Shown piece after piece: positions 24,634 to 36,500 of a DNA stretch of 64,000 nt. Below the pieces are notes generated by a model. That model made no database searches, was not told the DNA's origin, and worked only from the letters and a program-made list of their open reading frames with translations. The DNA lies in the NCBI GenBank assembly GCA_030141605.1, contig JAQGDQ010000020.1, positions 1,178,001 to 1,242,000 of the forward strand, read 5' to 3'. Position 1 is the first letter of the stretch, and every line of letters begins with the position of its first letter. The position numbers were made by a program, and so were the translations under genes. The stretch is from Tubiluchus corallicola (lineage: Eukaryota; Animalia; Priapulida).

Positions 24634-25713
24634 TAAAATATTTAACAGCAACAGCTTCGCTGTGTTGCAAACGTATGTCATTGAATAATAAATGCTTTAG
24701 TATTTTCCTGTATTGAGCAGTTTACAATACTTAAATACTTCACAAAGGGTAGAAAAATATTTCACAATACTAGTTCACAGTTATTCAGCCTCTCCTCTCT
24801 TTCTTCAAATCATCTGCAATGAGTAATAATTGTAAAATAAGCTGCAATGGTTCATCAGCATTCTGGCATTCACAGTCACAACCTAATTAATGATATTTCA
24901 CAAGCTGTAGCCTAGTTTGCTCCGTATTTTTCAAATTCTGATGTCATTAGACGACAAAGTGCGGCAGCCTCTCTTAATCAGCTTCTAACTCCCAATCATT
25001 TTCTAATTTGATTTGTAATTAGCAAGCACTGAGTTTATGTATCTCGGAAATGGAAAAGTTGGTTTTAGGCGACAATGCTTCCATTTTTGTAGAGAGGTAG
25101 GGGAGGCGTGTGAAGCTCAGTCAGTCTGCAGCCATTAATTCATCTTCATTGCTGTTCAGAATTGGTTGAAATTGACATGTTTTACTTTACTCAAACAGCT
25201 GCCTGCGTTTTGGTGCTTCTAATATGGCTTCTTTGGGCAAGCAATGTTCATTTGTGTTTATCCCATGTTACTAATGTGCTGAATAGTGTGTTGTTGTTTT
25301 TTATATTGATAATTAATGCACAAATCATGGCGCCAATCAAAATCTTTTTATAACTGTAGTTGCTAACTTGCCGCATTATGATGTTTTAAGCACTTGTCAG
25401 CCTTTTCATACATCTGTTCGATTTAGAACATTGAGGCAATACTCCAAAATTTTATAAACAGAAATGAAAAACAACTGCTGATGCCAGTAAAAATGCTGAT
25501 GCCATTCGTTTTGTTTTCTTTGTAATGTAACAATAATCATTTGTTCATTGCTTTGCTGTTGAAAATTTGTACTGCAAAAGTTGAACTGAAAGTAATTATA
25601 ACAATGCTGTGTCAGATTAAGACAATAACTGTCAACTCCAAGGTATAAAGTATTTTTGTTTGCCATTTGTTCATGTTTCTAACAAAAACTTAGTGATCAC
25701 AAGGCGCTTTTAA

Positions 25714-26423
25714 CCCTTAGCCGATCGAGGCGTTTTTATATTATGAAGCGGGGTAACAAATTAACCAACAAAATATGCTTAATATGTGTTAGTAACTAGA
25801 TAGAATGACCAACTGATAATCAAGGTACTCCTAGTAATACACAACCAAGTTCTGCAGCAAGTCGGCATAGATATGAGGGTAGCAAGGGGGTGGTTTATTA
25901 AGTCTTGTGACAACTGTTCTAATAGGTTACCAATATTCATTGTTTAATTCTGAGACATCACTTTGTCTTCACTTGATGGATCTTCTAAAATTTCGTCTTT
26001 GTCAACTTCAACCTTATCCACCTGTACAGCAAAAGTTCCGGCAATATCGCTAAATGAAGAATGTCCACAAATATTAAATTTGTTCAACAGATCCTTAAAA
26101 AAAATCACTTTGTGGGACAGCAGGCTGCAATTGAAGGTTTGCAGCACTTCTTAGTTGTCAATGTAAACATATAGTGCTGCTAGAAAGAAAAATACTGCTA
26201 TGTAAACTCCAAAATTTTACCTACGTAAAAAAGAGGGGTAATAAGTTACCCCACATCAGGTGGCATCGCACTCATGCTTTGTATGAAAAGCATGAATATT
26301 TTTCAACAAAACCAAGGTATGATGGCATAGCAAATTGAAAGATATTTCATCATTACCTACTACTTTGAAAACTTTTTGTTGTATATATTAATATAATTTT
26401 TGCCCACCTTGGTCAGCTAAGGG
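25714..26423. mobile_element. piggyBac-type non-autonomous element
   Basis: TTAA|CCCTTAGCCGATCGAGGCG ... CACCTTGGTCAGCTAAGGG|TTAA: imperfect 19-bp TIR with CCCT termini and TTAA TSD. Confidence 0.85.
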
Positions 26424-27803
26424 TTAAGCAGCAGCCATTCCACTAAGGTAAAATACTCCAGTAGCTAGTACAGTTTGTGATATTTTAGATAGTTTTGTGC
26501 TTGATATTTAGCCGTTTATTATTCTATGAGTATCCTGATACTTGCTTCCACGAACATGCTAGCAATTCGGTTTTGTTATTTTATAGTCTAACCAACAGTA
26601 TTTTCATTGTAGCTGTAGTGTATAAATGTGGTGCTACATTTCCTGTTCCTCTATGTACTTGAATGTTATGCTATGTTATAATAATAATCTCGTTTAGAAG
26701 TTTTTCCTATTCGCCGAAGTTTTTATATTTTATTGTTGAATTGTACATGTTCTGACATGCATCCAACATAGATAATAACAAGGCATTCGAGCAAATCTAC
26801 ATTATCTTTATGGTAGTGAAATTGCTCCTAGTGTGTCGCCACCTTTACGAAAGTTTATCAAGCTAGTAAGCAGTCCATTCTTTAAACAGTTAAGCCAATA
26901 AGATACAGCACACGTCTTAAACGAAAAATAAGACAACGGTTTATTAATACTAATATTATTTTTTATTCACTGTACACTTTCAACCTCATTTAACCTAATC
27001 ACACCTTAAATAATAATTACTGGAAAAAACCCATAATATTTAAAGGAAATTTGAAAATTTTCATCACGAACAACCAGCATATTGAAATATTACAATATCT
27101 GCTTCGAACCTAGATTTTTGACAATAGCATGTTATAAAAGGCGAATGTCAAAATTATCAAATGTAAAGACAAAATTTAATCTTAAGTCATTTCTCTAGTA
27201 ATGAAAATTAGATTCTAAAAAACCTTTCGTTTAACATGGTTAGCTATTACTTTAAGATCAACTAAATTAGACAAACCATTTTGCAACTTGAAGCAGTAAT
27301 TGATTTTACTACCAGGCTTCTAGGAGCTATTACAGGGTAATTATTAATCACAGTACTATGAATTAATTGTGCAAACATACAACTGTTATTTTAGCAACAC
27401 ATTTTTCTTGGTTACAAAATGTTAGAAGGAATTACAACTGCAACGCTTTGATATTTTTTGTAGCTACGACTTTTTGAAGATTTTTCTTCCTGAACTTTGC
27501 TGTCTGACCAATAGATGGTGTTTAGTAGATACATAAGCACTAGTATTCAGATGGTGCTGGTAGATGATGGTTTTTAAATTAAACTTTTATATTTTTTCCT
27601 CCTTTTAATCAAAGTAATTCTCACCGATGTTTAGAAATGCACCATATATGATTGTTTGTAAAACTACACACAGCAGCTGATACAATTAGCAACTTGGGAA
27701 CAAACTGAGAATCACGCAAACACATAATAACATTGTTATAAAGAACATTTGCTCAGAAACACTGGAAAATTCTTCAAAATAATACTATAAAGTACCACCA
27801 AAG

Positions 27804-28200
27804 TGACTGAACACACTTTATGAACTTATAGGTGTAGCTTTTGTTGCCTATGTACTGCTGAAATGACCAAACACACTTTATGATCTTATAGGTGTAGTTT
27901 TTGTTGCCTATGTACTGCTGAAATGACTGAACACACTTTATGAACTTATAGGTATAGTTTTTGTTGCCTATGTACTGCTGGAATGACTGAACACACTTTA
28001 TGAACTTATAGGTATAGTTTTTGTTGCCTATGTACTGCTGAAATGACCAAACACACTTTATGATCTTATAGGTGTAGTTTTTGTTGCCTGTGTACTACTG
28101 GAATGACTGAACACACTTCATGAACTTATCGGTATAGTTTTTTGCCTATGTACTGCTGGAATGACTGAACACACTTTATGAACTTACAGGTGTAGTTTCT
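27804..28200. repeat. 60-bp minisatellite, about 6.6 copies
   Basis: Unit TGACTGAACACACTTTATGAACTTATAGGTGTAGTTTTTGTTGCCTATGTACTGCTGAAA. Confidence 0.95.
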
Positions 28201-30173
28201 CGCCTATTTCTTGAAAGAAAAATGACACAAGAGTGACTAGTAATGAGTTAATAAAAAAACCACCGCACATTATTCACAAATTTCACATTAGTAAAAATAT
28301 ACCTCAGGAATGCATGTGTAATAATTATTTCTAAAATCCCATATAACTAAAACTAAATCACAACAAACTAACCAAGTAATAGAAATAAATAATTACTGGT
28401 AATTAACTAGGAAGTAATTAATACGAACCATTGATAACAAAATCGATATCATTGGCAAATCGCAGTTAGTCATGGAATATTTTTGATTGATCACAATTAT
28501 CACTAAAAAAATCACATCCTATTCAGTGTAAAGACAATTAGTAGATAGACAGCCTTTGCTGCTTATTTATTACATTACACCGTTTATGCTAAAAGTATGT
28601 GAATTTTGTAAAATAAACAAAGATTATGTGCTATGACTAATATTAAAAAAAGAGTAAAGTGAAATTGTCATATATTGAGACACAATTTAAATTTGACATA
28701 TGTCAAAAGCTGTAATTACCATGTAATTAGAAATAAAATTGTGATAAAAAATACTTCACACAAATCTAACTTGAAATTGTATTTTTTTCACAAAATAAAA
28801 ACACTAATGAATCACTTCTCATTGATTTTCAACAAAACGAAATTGAATTAACTTCTTTCTAGTACTGTAAACAATCAGCTTTTACATGGTCTGCGAAATT
28901 TAAATTCTCAAAACAACCAAGAAATACACAACACTCCAAACAACAAAACATTAGAAAACTCAGAGATAACAGATTCATACATAGAAAAAAAGTACTACAC
29001 CACTTAATTAATAATTAAACTAGATGCTAAAGCTGCCTGTAAGAGCTTAATTAACACAGAGTAAGTAATTAAGTAATTATACACCATAACGAGGTAATAG
29101 AAACTTACAAATTAACAGTAAATCAGTAAACCTATGTATATAATTACAGCACACGGTGGCATGTGCCCACACACACAAACACACACGGCAATCATTCACG
29201 CTACATTACAGAATCATTAGGGCAGCAATTACTTACAATCGGTCATTTCTTAACAGGATCATGTAAATATTCTACACATAACTGCTTACTACACATACGG
29301 GTGGTACATAACATTTTCCTAGGGGGGGTACAAAAACAACAAGTAACAGAACAGAACAGAACTTTATTACGTTAAATTGCCACTCAAACAATAGGGAATT
29401 TGTCATGCGCTCAAAATTTTGCATGAAAGTATAACATACTCTGCAATCTTCAAGGGTATGATCGGCGCAGCGTCAAACTGAATGGCCAGAAATTCATCCG
29501 ACTCAAACCCCTCCAATTACAATGAAGTTATGCTGAAAGGTAAAGGGGACGTTAAGATCATAAAAAAACATGGTGACATTGATCAGCATTCAACATACAA
29601 GCTTGTTAGACATCTGAAAAATGTGTTGAAGGAGCTTGAGTTCTTTGAATCACTACTCCAAATCATGCCCTTCCAGAATGCGGGCTGTATGCGAAACACA
29701 AGGCTTCCATGCTAAATACGGAAGGCACGATAAACTTGTGCTTCAGCAATACTTTGATCAATAAATTGTTCCATAATTTTAATCATTTTTGTACCCTCCT
29801 AGCAAATGGTTACATCACCTTGCATTACAAACTTTCTTCGAACAAGCTAAATAAATTTTCAATATTTTTCAAAATTAATCTTCTAAAAGCACAGATCACT
29901 GCGCTATTCATTGGATAAATAACCAGGAGTTTTATGTATCTATAAAAAAGCCATAGAAATCATTTAAAATTTTAATCAATTTAATGATTCGCATTCCACA
30001 TAATCCATAAGGCCTATAAACACGCTCATTTTTCTTTATAAAAAACTTTATGCTACATTCATGCAGCGAGTTTTAACCTGATAGTAACTCGCCAAATTTT
30101 AAACAAACGTTTTCAAATGTTTTTGAAAATCAAGCAGTTAAAACTAAAAACATTCACCTCACAAATAAAGCAT

Positions 30174-30506
30174 CTATTTTATCCCCAACGACCGTTTCGT
30201 GGGAATGTAGTAATCCTTCCGTATCATCTGAAATTGCGGCATTTTCCGCACGTCTCGCAAGGCGTCCAATTCCATGATCAGCACAATGGCGACAGCAGTC
30301 AACAGCAACATGAAGAAAACCGTCAAGAGCAGCTTTTTCAATGCCGAGCCGGACTTTGCTGTCGTCTTTGCCTGTTCGACCGGCTTTGATGACCGTTCCG
30401 GTAGATCCTTCTTCAGCGGAGTAGACGTGTCAGGAGGCGTGGCTTCTAGGTGATTGACAGCCGATGCATCAAATACGCTTTCCTGCGTATCATAACTCAC
30501 ATTGTG
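30174..30506 (-). CDS. FRMD5: FRMD5 terminal exon with transmembrane segment
   Basis: ttgtag acceptor; ...[52 protein letters not shown]. Confidence 0.93.
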   Translation of the reverse strand, partial: HNVSYDTQESVFDASAVNHLEATPPDTSTPLKKDLPERSSKPVEQAKTTAKSGSALKKLLLTVFFMLLLTAVAIVLIMELDALRDVRKMPQFQMIRKDYYIPTKRSLGIK

Positions 30507-33500
30507 CTACAAAAAAAATCAATAAAGCATTATGCGCTTGTTGATTACTCTTAGTCAGTAATGACACTTATTGTCGTTGACACTCAATTGTTGAATTTAA
30601 GTTTATCTTACAGTATAACACTATGAAAGGACAGGTTGCAATTAACAGTACTTGGCTTCACTGAGTTTACAGGCTTAAGCAGATCTTGCACCTAGAAAAA
30701 CTTTACAAAGTGGTATAATAATGATGATATAATGATAATGGTCAAACCTGACACTTGAAATTGTAAATTAGTGACAATATTTTTGCTTTGATTTTACCGT
30801 TATGCCAAATATGTGTAAATGCAACAACTTGAAATGTCTGGTTCAATTAAATCATTGTCAAGCAAACGTGTTTTGTTTTGAAAGAAAAAACAAAATCGTG
30901 ATTATGCTGTGAAAAACTATAGATGGTTAATAAAAAAATGTTTGTGTGTAGTACGATCCTCATGCCATGACTGCCATCCGTTTTTTATTTACGAGTTATA
31001 TTAAAGCTTATAGGCTGACTTTGAATGACATACATACGTTTGTATTAAGTAGGCATTCACCTGAGTCTGAAGGCTGAGTGCTACACAGTCCTCAAATGTG
31101 GTATAAAACCTGTATATACCACAAAGATGCAGTATGATGTTTTTGTTCAACATTAAATTGACACTGTAAGTAATTAAAACTGAATTTTATGTTGTAAATT
31201 TAAAAAAGTTTAAATATTCCATCCTACATTTGAACTACAACAGCTTGCTACCGTACAGTGCACAAAGCTGTTGCTAAGCTACTGTACAGTGCACAAAGCC
31301 ATTGCTAAGCTACTGTACAGTGCACAAAGCCATTGCTACGCTACAAAGGACAACATTTCGACCAATGGTGCCCCTGGATTACAGTTATGCCCTAACAACA
31401 GCATCAGGCACGGTTAACCGAATTAACAACTATTAATTGAAAACTGATTGAATTGTTATGCCATGACAGTTTGGAAGACCATGCAATAAAAGCCTTGCTA
31501 CTTTCACAATGAAAAATTATATCTGTCATTTTAGCCACTCAAAAGAGCAGGATTTCTCTTAATAATGTACAATAGGCCTTGCTAATTCACTTTAGCATAT
31601 GGAGCTGAAAACAGAGATGCAATGATTTAACACAGATAACAGTATAATACAACAAAATGGAATGCTTGATCTCGATGCAATACTATAATAATAGATAAGG
31701 CAATACAAAAGTACAGATTGCTGTTACCTGAATTTCTGATTCGCTCAAGTCTAAAGACTGATGAGGTTGATACTTCCACGTGCTCGTATCCTTGGCGATC
31801 GTCACGTCAGTCACAGCCTCTTCCGGCGGCTCCTCCAAAATTGTGTCCGTCTGCAGAGGAGCGTTCGGCGAGTCGGGTGTGGTGGGGGCGTTATGATTGA
31901 CCGCATCTAAAAATAAGCACACGATATTTAGAACAGGTTCTTAAGAAAAATGCAAGTCAAAATAGGCTAGGCCACTAGAGTTAGATTAAGCAAATGCTCA
32001 AATACATCGTAAGTATCATAATCTTTATTCTGAATTAACGGTTTTAGATCTCCCATGACTTGCAATCTGACATGTTTACCAAATTAAATAGATGTTTAAT
32101 ATTTTTATCTATTAAAATAACAATTAATTGTTGCACACGACCTTAATGACGCATGTGTTTTTCAGGCATAACATAAATAATCATAATCGTCAAGGAAGGC
32201 TTTTCAATATTACACTCGTGATACAGTTAAATCAGGTAAGATTTGGGATAGTTCCAAAGTCAGGTCACACCAAAGGCTTTAAAAATGAGACAGCCATTTC
32301 TTTATTAAGCATACAAAATTGCTAGAGTAAAAAAAATGATGAAAGAGGCTTGTACTTTACTGGCTCTGCATTTTTGGTGATGCTGATGTAAATGTAGCAG
32401 CTCTGACTGCAAAAATGCTCATTTTTGTCTCAGCCAGTAAAAAAGTCTTCTCTCATTTAGTTCTTTTTGGATAATTTGTATCATTTATACTGTTTTTATT
32501 ATTATTTTTTTCTTATTTGTTTTTGTTATCTGCAGCATCACCGTTAATTTTTAATATACTAATCTATTTATAAGAAAGGGCAGGAGACTAGATGACCCTA
32601 TGGTCCTTCCCTGCCCTGCTGCATGATTATAATTACTTAATATTTAAAAAACTTTTGATGTTAAACTAATTGGAGAAAATAAGTGTTCTATGTCTATGTC
32701 TAAGTGGCTTAAATGTAATGTAGCTGTAAACATTAGTATTATCATCTACAGGAGCGTATTAACCAACAGGCTAACTAGGCTATAGTCTAGAGTACCAAAG
32801 TTTGAGGGCGCCACATTTTAGGCATCCAATTTTAAAAGAATTCTTATTCTCCTCGGAAAATGTGTATCCGCTCATATTCATGTAAAGCAAGCATTGTACA
32901 CATCACAGGCAGTTTCTGAGTCCAGTTGTTATATAAGTGCCACATGATGAACAATTACAAGGTAGTACATAACAAGCAGTTGCCTAGCCTGCTTGCATAT
33001 AAATGCTGTTCACGCACACTTAATTAACAATGACCATGTAGAAACTAGGTTAATAGTATCATTAATACACCACAAATAATTGTTTATAATTGTTCAATAC
33101 ATAATCAATCATAAATTCACAATAGAGATGGGCAAGAGGGACAGATCTATCAGCCTAGGGCATCATGAAGTCTTGATACACCCCTGATCATCTAACAGGA
33201 AAGAATGGCAACAGCTTAACGCTAACAAGAAGATGTAAAGGTGCCATAAGCACAAGTTTAAGTCAGTACCGTGCGTGATTTCTTTATTCAGTGCCGATAT
33301 GAATGCCCCTTTCTTCTTTCTCTTAGGCTGCTGCTTTATTGGTACTCTATAGGTACAGACATTCAAACAGTATGTTAATAATAGACAAACTAAGTACAAG
33401 ATTCACATAACCGGCAAATTTAAATACAACTTGTATAAATAATTTTACACTCTGTTAATTAATTTACACGGTTAATTTGAATTAGCCAAAAATATGAAAT

Positions 33501-36500
33501 AAAATTCAAATTTCCAATTTATTACTACAATTCTTTTATTTTCCTCAATTTGAAGGAATATTTTCAGTATGAATAACAGTTTTAATCATACATACGAAAA
33601 GTCAATACAAAATTCCAATAAACGCAAGATATGACAACATTAGCAACACATAAGCTTTGGAATTCTTTATATTCTCTATTAAAAAGATTCATTACGTTAA
33701 GCTATTTCGTACCACAAAATTAGTAACAGTCCTTGTACAAAGACAATTATTTCAATATTAATTTAAGTAATTTCAGCATTGCAAACGTCCATTATTAAAA
33801 GACCTTTCATAATAACTGTAAATGCAACTGATCACATGTGAATTTCTGTCTATGAATATTGATTCCAGATTGCTGCTAGATAGAAATTCATGTGTGATCA
33901 GTGCATTTACAGATGTTAAAAAAGAGCTTTTAATAATTGACATATGCAATGATGAAATTAATTAATTAATGTTCAAAGCATATGCATGTTTAGTATCATG
34001 ATTGTTATCACAATAAATTTGTACAATAATTTATAACTGAATGAAGCTTCTTTACTTTTATGTTAGTAAACGAAAGATGCTCAAAATAATTGTGCTACAA
34101 TAATGAAAAAAGGCAACAATTAAGAAAATGAAAAATACAACATTTCAAACTTGTCGCTGTTTCAACTAATAGTTCACCTTCAGGAGAAAAATTAGAAATA
34201 GTAATTTCCGTTATTTTTTCTTTTCTCTTTCTTATTCTTCCATCTAACGATAACTACAACAGTCATGTGAAATGTTTTTTCTTCATTTCTTAATTAAGGG
34301 ATGTTCTTCATTACTAGTCACTACATTGCAATACCCTACTATAATTTGATTATAAAAAATGCGGAAAAAATCAAAAAGTGCACCACATTTTTGCATAACA
34401 CTACATCATACCTGGCAAATTCTGGTGGATCCCTGTTCACCTTGAGCTCATCACTGATGATTTCCTTCTCAACTCGGCCACTAGAGGGAGCAAAAACCCA
34501 CTGGTTACTTTACAAGTTAATCACAAGTTTTGCAGTTTTAACAATAATTAGAAACCAACGTTTGCTAACAAGCTATAGAAGTGTAATAGAATCTAATACA
34601 CAGGATGCTTCACCTACATTGTCTGCTTATTCAGATCTCACAAAGATTTTTTGAAAACAATAAAATTTCTCTTGAAACCAAAGTCCGCATCCTTTCAACT
34701 TTAACTGAACCTGTATTTTTGTACAATGCTGAGCTATTGACAATAAAAGTTGAACAGCAGGAGGAAATTAACGCTTTTCAAAGACATCTCTACAGAAAAT
34801 TATTAGGAATTAAGTGGCCTGACAGAATATCCAATGATGATCTGTATGATTTGGTGAAAAAAATCCTTGCAGCAAATAAATACAAGTAAAAAGACTGCAT
34901 TGCATTGGTCTAAGATTAACCCAGGAATCTCTTCCTATAGCATTATGTAAAGCTCTTGGAACAACAAGAAATTGGAGAGGGGGTCAGCTACTGACATACA
35001 TAGATATACTGCAAAGAGATTTAGCAAATATAATTGCAGATTTGAGGAATGAGCACCTAGACAACGACGACGACAAATCCATATGATACGCACCCGCACT
35101 TTAACACAAACTGTTGATTACTTTAACATTAACTGTTCATAGCTAATATGAAACTAGTTTTTGATAGCTCATAGTTTCATGCACTGCAGATACAAGCTAG
35201 CATTCGTTCTAAAACGAACATTACCTATATCGGAACTTTGATCCCCGCGTGAGGGTGAGCAATCCCGACGTCCCGGAGGAAAAGTTAGGAATGTCCTTTG
35301 AGCTAGGACACCTGAAACAAAGGTTAAGAAACATCTAGTAAACGTACAGAACCGAGATACATTAAGAAGTCAACCAATTTAAAAATAATCGCGGGGATTG
35401 AAATTTCTGAATGCAGAGCAAAGACAGAATATACAGAAAAGTGGATTCATCTTTTCTAAAATAATCTCAAAATTGTGCCATATAAACCTATTCCTCTCAT
35501 CTTATTTCATACAATCCGAGAAATTAGCATTTAAATACACCTATAATACTATTATCTGCCGCACTGATAGTAGTGGATGTTTTTTGGGAGGGAACTAATT
35601 CAGTTTTTGTAAGCATTGTGTCTATAAAAAATATTTTAGCAAAGTTTGTTTGCAGTTTGAATAAGATTAAAAAAATTCAGCAGATGTGTCATTTTGCAGC
35701 ACAAGAAGTGTTCACATCGCTACCACTACTTTTTATTATGTTTAGTCAGGGCCTATTTCAGCCTAAACGAGGCCCGGGGAAGTGGGGCGTGTAAGGTCCC
35801 TTTGGGGGGGGGGCGATCACCACCATGGTTGGCGCCCAGAAAATTTTTGAACTGCTAGAATGCCGGAGAAGCATTTTCGAAGAGAAAATATGGAGTTACA
35901 TAGTTGTTAAAGGAAAGAACAATTGAAAGAAAAACTGCTTTATACTCAAGACCAGTCCCTAATACTTGTCAAATAGTCAAAAACATCTTTGCAATACGTA
36001 ATACCGTACGCTCACTTCCGTACAAGCTGGTGTTAGAAATTCCGAAATTGAAAACAGCTGAAAATCGGCACCGAACCACACAAGGCAAACGGCGTGCGTG
36101 TGGCAAGAGAGAGAGAGGGAGAGAGAAGGCAGTATGTTCGCACAAAGCAAAAAAAAATGTTACCTCGGCACGAGGCCCCCCTGGAGGGTGAGGCCCCGGG
36201 GAAGTATCCCCACTTCCCCCCTGAAATAGGGCCTGTGTTTAGCAGAAGTTGAAAGTACTTACGTAAAGAATGTCTTTTGTTCAACTGCACATTTCCACAA
36301 ATGTTTACAAGCTGGTTGTGTCGGACATTTAAACCCACAAGCATGTTTCTTCTGCAACAAAGATAAATACTCAACTTATTTATTATATAACACTTATTTA
36401 ACAAGAAAACAAAAATAATTGGGGCGTTACCTGAAGGTCTCTGTTGAATTCGAGGAATTAACTCGTACCTGCCTGGGTTGGGCTTCAAATATACATACAA

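Noticed and set aside
36428-36486. Possible FRMD5 microexons between exons 8 and 9 (two cag|gta donors on the minus strand)
   Set aside because: Candidate lengths of 14, 10 and 52 nt are not multiples of three in a phase-0 intron.
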